From assembly GCA_950097225.1 (NCBI GenBank), contig CATNCE010000002.1:76105-140104 (forward strand): a stretch of DNA of 64,000 bases. The letters are read 5' to 3'. Position 1 is the first letter of the stretch. Each line of letters starts with the position of its first letter. Shown one piece after another: positions 19,949 to 30,599 of this stretch. This stretch comes from an uncultured Bacilli bacterium. Its GTDB lineage: Bacteria; Bacillota_I; Bacilli_A; RF39; UBA660. The notes beneath the pieces were generated by a model. That model saw only the letters and a list, made by a program, of their open reading frames with translations. It made no database searches and was not told the DNA's origin. The position numbers were made by a program, and so were the translations under genes.

Positions 19949-21634
19949 CTATTCGTTGTAGTAATCATTAACAGTAATGATTGGTTCATACGTTTTAAAT
20001 TTTTCTTGTAAGTATTCAATAGTGCTCGCTAAAAATTCTTCACGATCCTTTTGTTTTGATGCGTCATATGGAGTTCTAAATATGCTCGTTGTTGCTTCAA
20101 CTTGATGAAAGTTATGTTTAAGGGATAGCCTTATCCAAAAATCCCAATCTTCTAAAGCATCAATATTTTCATCAATTCCCCCACACTCTTCAAATAAAGC
20201 CTTTTTAAACATCACTGTTTGAATGGGAAATAAATTCAATTTATATAATCGTTTTTTATTAAAATGTCTCCCTTCATACAAACCTTTTGCTTTAACTTCA
20301 TATTTATATGGTTCCTTGCTAATAATATCAATCTGAGTTTCAAATGCTCCATCATAAACTATGTCATAACTATTATTTTCTAAAACTTTGACTAAGGTTT
20401 CAACATGATCTGGAAAAAACAAATCATCATCATCTAAAAAATTCAGATATTTACCTTTGGCTTTGGCCATAGCTATATTAGCTACTTTCGAACGGCCAAC
20501 ATTTCTATTAGTTGCTTCGTAGACAATATTCAAATCTTTAAACTCGCTTTTTATCATTTCTTCTGCTGTGTTTTTACCATCTTCAACAATGACAATTTCA
20601 ATATTTTTGTAAGTTTGATTTCTTAAAGAAATGAGATTTTCTCTCAAAGCTTCTTTGCGGTTACATGTTCTTACAATAATGCTTACCAAAGGACTGGCTT
20701 TCATCTCTGGCTGAATATAAAAGGCATTCTCTTTTGTTATCTCATAATCTAATTTATTGACAAATTTAGGGTGAAAGTTCTTATACTTTTTAGTTAAATT
20801 TATCCATAGATATTTTGGAGTTTTAAAAACAAGTGTCTTTTTAAGTAAATGTTTGATTTTTTTTATAGTTGCTTTGTCTAAATTTTCAGGAATATTTTTG
20901 GATTTAAGACCTGTTTCAAACAAGTATTGAGCTCCTCTTAAGAAATTTTTTATACTACCATATTTGGCTCTTAAATAATAGTTACTAATAAATGCATATA
21001 CAAATTGAGTATACTTAAATTCATTAGGTTTAGTATATGAATAGTGAGTAATTGGCGTATCAGCTAAGTACTTTATTTTGTAACCTAATGCACGTAGGTG
21101 CCAGCTTATTTCAACGTCCTCACAGTACATAAATATCTCTTTGTCGAATCCATTAAGTGATTCGAAAATTTCTCTTCTGATAATCATGCAAGCTCCACTT
21201 GCCCAAGAAGTTTCCCAAGTTAATGGATCATAATATTTAGGATGCTCGTATGGTCTTTGAGCAAGTTCCCACATTCCCTCGCATTCACTGCTTTTTTCTA
21301 TATGACTTTCTATCTTTTTTAAAGTGTCATCTTCTATTTCAGTATCCACATTTAAGAAGAATATGTATGGTGAATTACCTAACTTAGCTGCTAAGTTATT
21401 GCCATGACCGAACCCTCTATTCTTGGGAGATTGAATATAATCTATTTTAGCAAACTTACTAGAATGGTTTTCTTTGATATGTTTAATATTATTTAAAGTA
21501 TCATCACTTGAATTATTGTCGCAAAAAAGCAAACTGACATTCTTTAAATCATACTTACTCTTTAAAATGCTTTTTATACATTTGTCGAGCCATTTACTGG
21601 AATTATAGGTGACAAATACTATATCTATTTTCAT
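19949..21634 (-). CDS. Dual-domain GT2 glycosyltransferase
   Basis: Two GT2 modules: IDIVFVTYNSSKWLDKCIKSI...CDNNSSD and VSIIVRTCNRKEALRENLISLRNQTYKNIEIVIVEDG. Confidence 0.75.
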   Translation of the reverse strand: MKIDIVFVTYNSSKWLDKCIKSILKSKYDLKNVSLLFCDNNSSDDTLNNIKHIKENHSSKFAKIDYIQSPKNRGFGHGNNLAAKLGNSPYIFFLNVDTEIEDDTLKKIESHIEKSSECEGMWELAQRPYEHPKYYDPLTWETSWASGACMIIRREIFESLNGFDKEIFMYCEDVEISWHLRALGYKIKYLADTPITHYSYTKPNEFKYTQFVYAFISNYYLRAKYGSIKNFLRGAQYLFETGLKSKNIPENLDKATIKKIKHLLKKTLVFKTPKYLWINLTKKYKNFHPKFVNKLDYEITKENAFYIQPEMKASPLVSIIVRTCNRKEALRENLISLRNQTYKNIEIVIVEDGKNTAEEMIKSEFKDLNIVYEATNRNVGRSKVANIAMAKAKGKYLNFLDDDDLFFPDHVETLVKVLENNSYDIVYDGAFETQIDIISKEPYKYEVKAKGLYEGRHFNKKRLYKLNLFPIQTVMFKKALFEECGGIDENIDALEDWDFWIRLSLKHNFHQVEATTSIFRTPYDASKQKDREEFLASTIEYLQEKFKTYEPIITVNDYYNE

Positions 21635-22744
21635 CTAAGTCTCTCCTCTCTTTTTATAAATTTTTAGTAACTGTTTGGGAAAATACGATATGAGAATATA
21701 CATAATGTAGCCAATTAATAACGATATTATTAAACTAAGGGCAATGTATATGTAAAAATTAATATTCTTTAGATAATGAATAATAACTTGCTGTACAGGA
21801 AAGCCAATTAAATATATATAATAAGATATATCAATATATTGACGTGATGACTTTTTACAGCCTATATAAATAATTAAATATGGAATTAAAACTAATGCTA
21901 CATAATTAAATATACTAGTACGAGCAGTTAATATAAGGGTGATTATACTTAATAAAATATTACGGGAGTTGTAAGATATTTTATCAGCATATATATTTAA
22001 AAATACTCCTGCAGAAAAATAATATATTAATCTAACTAATTGATTAATCTCGTTTAATATTCCAATACTACCAAAATTCTTTCGAATACTATTGAATAAT
22101 TCATCATAATGTCCTGTGTAGGAAACAGCTGTAAAGATTAATAATATAAAGAAGAAATATTTATAATATTCTTTATTGCTATCTTTTTTGATAAAAGCCA
22201 AGAAAACAGGAATCATATAGAGATAAGTAAACATTTGATGCTTTATTGTCCAGATAGAGCCGTTGATAGCATTCGGGTATGGATTGTTAGCAAAAACATC
22301 TAGTATGCCATAAACTGTATTTTTTGTTAACAGAAGATTATTGAGAAGATAATCTTTATAATATATTGAATGTGTTAACACTTCCTCTTTTGGTAGGGAT
22401 GCCATAACAGGAGCAATTATAAAGACTGTCATAAATAAAGTTAATATTAAAGCTGGATAAATACGAACTACTCGTTTTTTTAAATATTTAAATATACTAT
22501 CACTTCTCTTAATGCTAAATGTTATCATAAAACCAGATATTACAAAAAATGATGCTACGACAATGCTCCCTGTGTTTTCAGCAATAAATAATTTTGAAAA
22601 AATATCAATTGGCTTATTAATAGCTCCAAAGTATAAATCATAGCAATGATAATATATAATAATTAACGATAAAAGAATGCTTAAAATAGTAAAACTATTA
22701 TTTTTAGGATTATAAATGTCTTTTAACATGTTGTTTTTTTTCAT
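21635..22744 (-). CDS. Acyltransferase family 3-like membrane protein
   Basis: 369 aa polytopic with an acyltransferase-3-like N-terminus. Confidence 0.45.
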   Translation of the reverse strand: MKKNNMLKDIYNPKNNSFTILSILLSLIIIYYHCYDLYFGAINKPIDIFSKLFIAENTGSIVVASFFVISGFMITFSIKRSDSIFKYLKKRVVRIYPALILTLFMTVFIIAPVMASLPKEEVLTHSIYYKDYLLNNLLLTKNTVYGILDVFANNPYPNAINGSIWTIKHQMFTYLYMIPVFLAFIKKDSNKEYYKYFFFILLIFTAVSYTGHYDELFNSIRKNFGSIGILNEINQLVRLIYYFSAGVFLNIYADKISYNSRNILLSIITLILTARTSIFNYVALVLIPYLIIYIGCKKSSRQYIDISYYIYLIGFPVQQVIIHYLKNINFYIYIALSLIISLLIGYIMYILISYFPKQLLKIYKKRGET

Positions 22745-22750
22745 AATAAC

Positions 22751-24697
22751 TTACCTATCTAGGTCCCAAACATGCTCTAAAAATTTAATTCGCTTCTTCA
22801 TATTATCTTGATGAGTATGTTTTAAGTCGAACTCTTTTGTAACATATTTGTGAATTTTTTTTATTTCTTCTAAATGTCTTTCTTTTTTTGTTGTACTCGT
22901 GACATTATTGCCATGTACGCGATAGTAATTTAATGGTTTATTGATAAAAGCAATTTCCCCATTTTGCATAATATTAATATAAAATAACCAATCTCCAGCT
23001 TGTTTAAATTCACTAGATGCTTTGAAATATTCATCGTACTCACCTTTTTTTATAATACAACTAGATACATTCGCGATTGTACAATTCAAATAGCAGTAAT
23101 TTTTTATTTCATCTTGACCGGAATTAATAAAACTTTGATCCCAATGATGAGTATTTAAAATATCAATTTCAGGTTTAATAGACTTTAATATTTTTATTCC
23201 TTTTTTATTTATAAAAGCTGTATCAGCATAACTAATCATGATATCATTTTCAGAATTGATGGGTTTCATCAAAGATTTAATCAGAGTCTTTTCACAGTAG
23301 TCATCAGCTTCGGCTATCCAAACATAATCAGATGTTGCTAAGCTGAATCCCTTTTCCCATTGTTTGAAAGCAGTTCCACTATTATTATCGTTATATATGC
23401 TTTTAATATTTATAAATTCTTTTAATGATTCAACAATTTCGTCAATAGTTGTTCTGGAATCATCAGTCGAGCAGTCATCAAGAATTATAAATTCAGAAAT
23501 CTTATATTTTTGATATAAGATACTATAAAGACGTTGGTATAAAAATTCATCATAATTGTAATTAGGGACAACAACTGTTAGTGTTTTATTTCCTACTCTC
23601 ATTTTTTGTTGTTTTTTGGCTAAGACAATTAAATCATCTAAGGTAATATCATCTTTTATAACAGATATTTTTTTACTTATAAAGCTGTGGTGTTTTATCT
23701 CATGATATACTTGGAATACTGCAAGAATTAAACTGGTAATAAAACTGAATCCTTTATCATTTAATTTAAATAATAAATTATACAAAAAATAGGCTTTTTT
23801 CCCACGACGTTCTAGATTTTCTTTACATAGTTCATTGTTACTCAAATCATATTTTTGGGCTTTTTTGCGAAATAGTTTTAAATAATGACTACGCTTAAAG
23901 AGATTTTTTTCGCGGGGAATTATAAAGATGAAAAAGAGAAATAACTGCTGATACGCTACTGCCTTAATAAATTCATCATATTGGGAATTATTTTTGATTC
24001 TTTTTTCTAACTCAGCAACAGAGATAAAAATATCAAAACGTTTATCTGATAAAGATGAATTTTGAACTGATGAGGCATGTTGGACATAATTATACTTTGT
24101 TTTATTAGTATAAATTATTTTAGTGCAGGAAGCGATAATGGCTAGTATTGATGCTATATCCTCATTCATAATCCCTTCACAAAAAGGATATTGTATTAAT
24201 AGTTCTTTTTTTATTATTTTATTACAAGGAGATGCGGCAAATCCAGTATTAATTATGTTTAGTTTTGACACCTTTCCTTCGCATCCAAGCGCTACAATAT
24301 CAGGGCTTCCATCTTCATAGACACAATTTATATCACAAACAATAACATCAGCTTGATTATTAGTAATTTTTGTTATCATTTCTTCATAGAAGTTATCATC
24401 TAAATAATCATCAGAATCGATAAAAGATATATAGCTATAGCAGGACTCTTTAATGGCTTTATTGCGCGAATATCCTGCACCTTTATTTTCTTTATTTTTT
24501 AGTAATTTAATATTGTCATTTTTTTTTATGTAGTTGTTAATTACTTCTGTAGTCTTATCTTTCGAACAATCATCGACTAATATAATTTCATAAGGAACAT
24601 TTATATTCTGCTTTTTTATCGATTCTAAACAAGTAGCAATATATTTTTCAACATTATAACAAGGAATAATGATACTTAATCCGTCTATTTTTTTCAT
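22751..24697 (-). CDS. Dual-domain GT2 glycosyltransferase (RgpF/GacG-like polymerising rhamnosyltransferase candidate)
   Basis: LSIIIPCYNVEKYIATCLESI...DDCSKDKT and LTVVVPNYNYDEFLYQRL...DDCSTDDS. Confidence 0.75.
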   Translation of the reverse strand: MKKIDGLSIIIPCYNVEKYIATCLESIKKQNINVPYEIILVDDCSKDKTTEVINNYIKKNDNIKLLKNKENKGAGYSRNKAIKESCYSYISFIDSDDYLDDNFYEEMITKITNNQADVIVCDINCVYEDGSPDIVALGCEGKVSKLNIINTGFAASPCNKIIKKELLIQYPFCEGIMNEDIASILAIIASCTKIIYTNKTKYNYVQHASSVQNSSLSDKRFDIFISVAELEKRIKNNSQYDEFIKAVAYQQLFLFFIFIIPREKNLFKRSHYLKLFRKKAQKYDLSNNELCKENLERRGKKAYFLYNLLFKLNDKGFSFITSLILAVFQVYHEIKHHSFISKKISVIKDDITLDDLIVLAKKQQKMRVGNKTLTVVVPNYNYDEFLYQRLYSILYQKYKISEFIILDDCSTDDSRTTIDEIVESLKEFINIKSIYNDNNSGTAFKQWEKGFSLATSDYVWIAEADDYCEKTLIKSLMKPINSENDIMISYADTAFINKKGIKILKSIKPEIDILNTHHWDQSFINSGQDEIKNYCYLNCTIANVSSCIIKKGEYDEYFKASSEFKQAGDWLFYINIMQNGEIAFINKPLNYYRVHGNNVTSTTKKERHLEEIKKIHKYVTKEFDLKHTHQDNMKKRIKFLEHVWDLDR

Positions 24698-24710
24698 AGT
24701 TTAATACCTC

Positions 24711-25559
24711 CTATAGTTGTTGTAATAATTTCTCTAATGACTTTATTTTTTCTTGTTGCTTGAATAGTTTACTTTTCCTTTGGGAACTACTACTCTTTTT
24801 AACAGAAGTTCCCTCTTGATGAAACACACGCAAATTTGGATCATAAATACTTGTTAGATGATCTTTTATTAACCTATCATATAAGAATTCTTCTTCATGG
24901 AATAGGAATGTATCATCGTAAAATACATCTGAATATTTGTCATAATATTTTTTAGAAAAAATGATGGCACATCCATGCAATGGAACATTGTGTTTAATAT
25001 CAGGAGCATTGGATAGACGTGTTGGCTTTTTAATAAGATGCTTTATTTTAATGTACATTTCTAATAAAAAATAAAGCATTATATTATTATAAATTTTAAC
25101 TAGCTTCTTACTTTTTCTTATTGCCGATATTATATTATCTTTTCCATATATGACAGGAAAAGGATTGCAGGAATCCCCAGGGGATTCAATCCATGGACCT
25201 AGCATATCAAATTGATATTTTTGATAATCATTATAGATAATTTCAATAAAATTCGACTGGGTTATGTAAACATCATTATTAATAACAGCAAGAAAATCGG
25301 GATTGTACTTTGATATAGCATAATGCGCTCCAATATTATTGGATTTTGCAAATCCCAAATTATCATCAAGCACAATGATATCCTTTGTATATTGTTCTAT
25401 CATTTCTTTTTGTTCATCATCTAGGGTGTGATTATCGACGACAATAGTATTGTACTCTCCATCAAGAGTATCTTTGATTGTAGATAAACACTTAAGAGTT
25501 TCATCAATTGTTTTATAGTGCAAAATTACAAAAGTAACCATTCTATACCTCTTCAGCAA
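24711..25559 (-). CDS. GT2 glycosyltransferase (RgpB-like)
   Basis: MVTFVILHYKTIDETLKCLSTIKD...VVDNHTLDDE. Translationally coupled with the upstream ABC permease. Confidence 0.6.
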   Translation of the reverse strand: MLKRYRMVTFVILHYKTIDETLKCLSTIKDTLDGEYNTIVVDNHTLDDEQKEMIEQYTKDIIVLDDNLGFAKSNNIGAHYAISKYNPDFLAVINNDVYITQSNFIEIIYNDYQKYQFDMLGPWIESPGDSCNPFPVIYGKDNIISAIRKSKKLVKIYNNIMLYFLLEMYIKIKHLIKKPTRLSNAPDIKHNVPLHGCAIIFSKKYYDKYSDVFYDDTFLFHEEEFLYDRLIKDHLTSIYDPNLRVFHQEGTSVKKSSSSQRKSKLFKQQEKIKSLEKLLQQL

Positions 25560-26328
25560 AGCCTTTCGACAATTTTCTAAATATCAACAAGCCTACTATT
25601 GATAATAACAACCCTCCACCAATAACAATTAAAAGAGAAATAAAATTAGGGAGTGATTTCCAATATAAAATATCCCTGTAACTAGTTATAATGGTCGTCA
25701 TTGGATTTAAGTTAATAAGCGCGGTAATCCATGTTGGGGCCGAAGAAAAAATATCCATAGAATATAAAATTGGCGTCCCGTAAAAAAGCATTTGAATAAA
25801 AAAATTAATAATATATTCTAAGTCACGAATATAGACATTTATAGCACTAGTAATGAAGATGATTCCTAAAGTTATTAAATATTGAGCAATTATTACTAAG
25901 GGTAAAAAAAGAATGTTCAGGCTAATGCCTATACCACTAAAAATAATGAACAGGAACATAACTATACAAGAAATTAAGAAATTAACAGCTCCACTTGTTA
26001 CAACAGAAATTGGCAATATTTCTCTTGGAAAGAAAACTTTTTTTATAATAGGTCCATTGCCAATTATAGTAAATGTTCCTTGAGCAATATTAGTTGTAAA
26101 CCAAGTCCATGGTAAAATTCCAATGATCAAGAATGTCGTGTAGTGTTCAATATTAGCTCCACGCATGAGGAAAGGAAATACAATTGCATAAACTAGTGTC
26201 ATAAGTAAAGGACTTACAAACGACCAAAGAATTCCTAAAAAGGACCCTTTGTATTTTCCTCTTATTTCTTTTTTTACATTTGATTTTAATAACTCACGAT
26301 AATTGTATAAATCTTTAAAAAGTTGCAT
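25543..26328 (-). CDS. ABC-2 type polysaccharide/teichoic-acid export permease (TagG/Wzm-like)
   Basis: 261 aa with 6 TM helices and an ABC-2 signature. Confidence 0.85.
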   Translation of the reverse strand: MQLFKDLYNYRELLKSNVKKEIRGKYKGSFLGILWSFVSPLLMTLVYAIVFPFLMRGANIEHYTTFLIIGILPWTWFTTNIAQGTFTIIGNGPIIKKVFFPREILPISVVTSGAVNFLISCIVMFLFIIFSGIGISLNILFLPLVIIAQYLITLGIIFITSAINVYIRDLEYIINFFIQMLFYGTPILYSMDIFSSAPTWITALINLNPMTTIITSYRDILYWKSLPNFISLLIVIGGGLLLSIVGLLIFRKLSKGFAEEV

Positions 26329-26346
26329 CTGCTAACCTCCTTATAG

Positions 26347-27078
26347 TTAAAATTGGGAAAGATATTTATCTACTACCTCATCTATTTTTCCGTCCATTTC
26401 AACAATACCTTCTTTAATCCAAATGCCTCTTGTACATATTTGTCTTATAGTCTCTAGAGAATGAGAAACTATAACGATAGTCTTATCACTATCTCGCAAT
26501 TCTTTTAGTTTATTAAAGCATTTGTCTTGGAAGTGTTGATCTCCAACGGCAAGAATTTCATCAATTAGCAAAATCTCGGCGTCGACGTTAATCGCGATGG
26601 AGAATGCAAGACGCATGTATTGTCCAGAAGAATAAGTGCGAACAGGATTATCAATAAATTCTTCTAATTCAGAAAAAGAAATTATATCGTCTAATCGTCT
26701 ATCTATTTCTTTTCTAGTAAGCCCAAAAATAGATGAATTAAAATAAATATTTTCGCGCCCAGTAAAATCTTGATGGAAGCCGGCTCCAAGTTCTAGAAGT
26801 GAGGTTAATTTTCCTTTAGTTTCAACACTTCCTTTAGTTGGATAAATTATTTTAGTCATTAATTTTAGTAATGTAGATTTACCAGAACCATTAACACCAA
26901 TTAGAGCAACTGTCTCCCCTTTTTTTATGTCTAGATTTATGTTGTCTAAAACCGTCCTAGTTTCTGATTTTTTGTGATTCCAAAATACCAATCTTTCTTT
27001 TAAAGTACTAGGCTTATCATAAAATAGTTTAAATGATTTAGTCATATTTTTTACTTCAATAGAATTTCCTTTTTTCAT
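26347..27078 (-). CDS. ABC transporter ATP-binding protein (TagH/Wzt-like, no C-terminal carbohydrate-binding domain)
   Basis: Walker A GVNGSGKSTLLKLM, signature YSSGQYMRLAFS and Walker B ILLIDEILAVGD. Confidence 0.9.
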   Translation of the reverse strand: MKKGNSIEVKNMTKSFKLFYDKPSTLKERLVFWNHKKSETRTVLDNINLDIKKGETVALIGVNGSGKSTLLKLMTKIIYPTKGSVETKGKLTSLLELGAGFHQDFTGRENIYFNSSIFGLTRKEIDRRLDDIISFSELEEFIDNPVRTYSSGQYMRLAFSIAINVDAEILLIDEILAVGDQHFQDKCFNKLKELRDSDKTIVIVSHSLETIRQICTRGIWIKEGIVEMDGKIDEVVDKYLSQF

Positions 27079-27092
27079 TACATCATATCCTT

Positions 27093-28088
27093 TTATTTGT
27101 GTAGCGTGTCTCCTATTTTATTGATAAATTTATAGCGCTTACTATTCTTTATTTGAGCAAGTTCTTGATTTTTTGCGGCTAATTCTTCCTTTAATTCGCC
27201 GTTAGCTTTTTCTAATTCAGCATTACGCGCTATTAATTCACAAAACGTCTGATTCATAACATCAAAGTAATCTGTATGATCAGTTATTTTTTCTGTTGTT
27301 TTCGGTTTATTACCTGATGATAAAGTTATTTTAAAAATAGTCTGGAGAGTTAAGTAGTCTTCTAACTTTCCTGTTATATTAAATAATTTGTAGTCTTGAT
27401 CATCGATAAAATATGGTGGTTTTATCAATATTCTTTCACATAACTTTGCAGCTAAATTCATTTTATATTGCGAGTTAATATTGGCAATCATGTCTAAAAA
27501 TGAATTTGCAGTGAAGAAACGAAGATGTGTACTATCAAGTATTCCCCAACGTGAATAATTAAATTCGCCATTGATGAGAGATTTTATGATATCTATATGG
27601 GCAATATTGGGAACAGATACAATTATGCTTCCGCCCTTTTTTAACATCTTTGCTGCATTAATTAATGCCATCCATGGTTCTACTAGGTGTTCTAAAACGT
27701 CTGCAAAAATAATAAAATCATATCTCTCTTTTTGATTAAATAATTTTTTAAAATCCGCGTTATTTTCATCAGTTATGGAGAAGTTATATATTTCGCGATA
27801 TATATTCTTTTTCTTAGCTACTTCGTATGCTTTTTTGTCGTATTCAATTCCGTCAACGATGCAGTTTTTATACCTTTTTAAAACACTACCTAAAATGCCA
27901 CTTGCACAGCCCACATCAAGAACTAAGCTATTATCTTTAATTTGACGAATAACGGCTGTATGAGCATCATTTCGCCTTTCTTCATCAAATTCATATTCTT
28001 GTTCATTGTAGTCATAGTTGTTCTCCTGAACGACTTTGGCTAAAGCATTTACTTCAGAACTTCCTAATTCAAAAAAAGCCTTTTTCAT
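27093..28088 (-). CDS. Class I SAM-dependent methyltransferase with C-terminal coiled coil
   Basis: VLDVGCASGILGSV SAM-binding motif. C-terminal heptad-rich ELEKANGELKEELAAKNQELAQIKN. Confidence 0.7.
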   Translation of the reverse strand: MKKAFFELGSSEVNALAKVVQENNYDYNEQEYEFDEERRNDAHTAVIRQIKDNSLVLDVGCASGILGSVLKRYKNCIVDGIEYDKKAYEVAKKKNIYREIYNFSITDENNADFKKLFNQKERYDFIIFADVLEHLVEPWMALINAAKMLKKGGSIIVSVPNIAHIDIIKSLINGEFNYSRWGILDSTHLRFFTANSFLDMIANINSQYKMNLAAKLCERILIKPPYFIDDQDYKLFNITGKLEDYLTLQTIFKITLSSGNKPKTTEKITDHTDYFDVMNQTFCELIARNAELEKANGELKEELAAKNQELAQIKNSKRYKFINKIGDTLHK

Positions 28089-28188
28089 ATCTCATCCTCT
28101 AATTTGTATAACTTTCTTATATAATTATATCACGAAGTGTTATTCTAACCAACAAAAAATGTAAGTACTCGCCTTACATTTGGTTTTA

Positions 28189-28782
28189 TTAATGAAAATA
28201 AATTGGACTATTTTTTAGAGTTTTGTATTTTTCAATATAAGGTGGCATATTTACATCACTTTCGGATATGTCGTATTGACTTAAAACTTGTAAAAAGACA
28301 TCAAAACATTCTGCACTTTTCCAAGATACTCCACATTGATAGTCACTGGCACTTTCTATATCGATATAGTATTGAGCCAAAGTATTGTCTTCAAGACAAA
28401 CTAGACCATAGGCAAGTCCTGAGGGAATATAGATTTGCAAGCCTAAATTTAATACTTGACAATCAGGAGAAGTTAAGACTATTTTAAGGGTTCGTCCATA
28501 GGTCAAGGATGATGCTCGCATATCTAAGGCAACTATAACCATACTGCCTTTAATTACGCCAATTAAACTATTTTGTGCTAATGGCGGCAGTTGAAAGTTC
28601 ATCCCGGTTAGATAGCCACGATTGTAGGTATTTATTCGGTGTTCACGAACATTTTTAAATCCTAAATCACGAATATCATTAACTAGTAGCGTATAGTTGT
28701 TTTTATTATAATCGGGAGCTATTATGTAACACCCTTCAATGAATGTTTCTAAAGCTGTTGCAGAAGAAAGGATGATTTCCAT
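28189..28782 (-). CDS. rmlC: dTDP-4-dehydrorhamnose 3,5-epimerase-like (RmlC cupin)
   Basis: 197 aa; NRGYLTGMNFQ resembles the RmlC RG(L/V)H(F/Y)Q motif. Adjacent to rmlD. Confidence 0.6.
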   Translation of the reverse strand: MEIILSSATALETFIEGCYIIAPDYNKNNYTLLVNDIRDLGFKNVREHRINTYNRGYLTGMNFQLPPLAQNSLIGVIKGSMVIVALDMRASSLTYGRTLKIVLTSPDCQVLNLGLQIYIPSGLAYGLVCLEDNTLAQYYIDIESASDYQCGVSWKSAECFDVFLQVLSQYDISESDVNMPPYIEKYKTLKNSPIYFH

Positions 28783-29676
28783 TTATTTACGATCCTCTAA
28801 TGTACGCTTTTTTGTTTCGCTTTTATTTAAGTAGTTACCAACATACTCTTTTGTTGCAGCTTGCCAATCTGGTAAGGGCTCAAACCCAGCTGTAGTTATG
28901 CTTGATTTATCTAAACAATTATTTAAAGGACGGGAAGCACGAGTTTGATACTCACTGCTAGGAACTGGCAAAACATTAGTAGATAACCCAGCAACATGAA
29001 CAATATAACGCGCAAAGTTATACCATGAAGTAAAACCTTCGTTACTCGTATGATATAAGCCATATTTTTCCGTTTCTGCCATATCAACTAAAAGTCTAGC
29101 TAAATGGCGCGAATATGTTGGACTGCCAAATTGATCGTCTACTACTTTAATAATTTTTTTAGAATTAGCTAAATGCAGTATCGTTTTCACAAAATTTTTA
29201 GTGCCATGTTCTCCAAATACCCAAGACGTACGAGCAATAAAAGATTTAGGATACTGACGGACAATGTCTTCGGCTAAAGCCTTAGTCTCTCCATAAAAAT
29301 TAATGGGATTAACTTTATCGGAAATAGTATATAAATCTTCATTAGTACCATCAAACACATAATCTGTTGAAACATGAACAAGTTTAGCGCCAACTGCAGC
29401 AGCCCCATCTGTAATGCTGCTAGCCCCTAAAACGTTAACTTTATAACACTCATCCTTGTTGTCTTCGGCAGCATCTACGTTAGTATAAGCAGCACAATGG
29501 AAAATAACATCAGGTTTTATCGTCTTAATAACTGCTACTACATCTTCATAATTAGTGATATTAAGCATATCATGCGTTGGCATATAAATCTCGGTATCAC
29601 TGCCATAACGCGAATCAAGTTCTAAAAATATATCGTGCCCTACTTGCCCACTTCCTCCAGTTATTAAATACTTCAT
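28783..29676 (-). CDS. rmlD: dTDP-4-dehydrorhamnose reductase
   Basis: MKYLITGGSGQVGHDI Rossmann N-terminus, 297 aa, RmlD-like throughout. Confidence 0.8.
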   Translation of the reverse strand: MKYLITGGSGQVGHDIFLELDSRYGSDTEIYMPTHDMLNITNYEDVVAVIKTIKPDVIFHCAAYTNVDAAEDNKDECYKVNVLGASSITDGAAAVGAKLVHVSTDYVFDGTNEDLYTISDKVNPINFYGETKALAEDIVRQYPKSFIARTSWVFGEHGTKNFVKTILHLANSKKIIKVVDDQFGSPTYSRHLARLLVDMAETEKYGLYHTSNEGFTSWYNFARYIVHVAGLSTNVLPVPSSEYQTRASRPLNNCLDKSSITTAGFEPLPDWQAATKEYVGNYLNKSETKKRTLEDRK

Positions 29677-29759
29677 AATAAAAACCTCCTGAATTTGCTT
29701 AATATATTATAAACTATATTGGTCCTTTTGTGTATAAAAAGTTGCCGTTTTTCAAATCG

Positions 29760-30599
29760 TTACTTTTTAAAAACATAGGGAATTAGATTAATATAATAAA
29801 ATATTTTAAATAATATAATATCGAATATATTAGCTTTATTATAATGACGTTCATAGTAAAGTTGACTTTTCTTATATATCTTATATTTCTTTTTTAAAGA
29901 CATATTAGTTCCAATCGAAGCATCATGAATATGTTCGGCATAAACAGTTGTATTAACCATACTATATTTATTAATCTCATCTAACTTACGAGCCAAGATA
30001 TTTTCTTCATAGTATAAGAATGTATTTTCATCGAAGTAATCGATACTAGCTAAAGTACTCCCTTCTATCATAAAAAAGCAACCATATATTACATCGACAT
30101 ACGCTTTTTCTTGCTGAAAATAATTGGCACTGTAGCTTAGGAATTTATCGCGATAGAAGCGATTAAAAAACGGAATATTAGCAAGTAGATCATCGTATTT
30201 TGTTGTGAGTTTCCACCCATATTTAAAAGTATCCCCTTCTTTAATTTTAGGCATAACGCATTTGATGTTTTTATCTATGGTCTTAGCCATAGTTATGATT
30301 ACTTCTTCGTTTGGAATACAAATATCAGAGTTACTAATGCAGATATAGGCATTATCCAGTTCCGAATTTATTAATTTAGCTCCTTGATTTAGGGCATAGG
30401 CATAGCCTTTATTGTCTTTATTGGCGATGATGGTAAGTTTTTCGCTCCTTATTTTTTTTAGCTCCCGACAGGAGGTGTCAGTCGAATTATTATCGACAAC
30501 AACTATTTTTTTGATAGTTTGATACTCTTCAATACTATGAATGAGTTTTTTGGTATTAGTAAGATCATTGTAGTTTACTATTACAAAACCAATGTTCAT
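29760..30599 (-). CDS. Glycosyltransferase family 2
   Basis: IGFVIVNYNDLTNTKKLIHSIEEY...VVVDNNSTD. Confidence 0.75.
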   Translation of the reverse strand: MNIGFVIVNYNDLTNTKKLIHSIEEYQTIKKIVVVDNNSTDTSCRELKKIRSEKLTIIANKDNKGYAYALNQGAKLINSELDNAYICISNSDICIPNEEVIITMAKTIDKNIKCVMPKIKEGDTFKYGWKLTTKYDDLLANIPFFNRFYRDKFLSYSANYFQQEKAYVDVIYGCFFMIEGSTLASIDYFDENTFLYYEENILARKLDEINKYSMVNTTVYAEHIHDASIGTNMSLKKKYKIYKKSQLYYERHYNKANIFDIILFKIFYYINLIPYVFKK

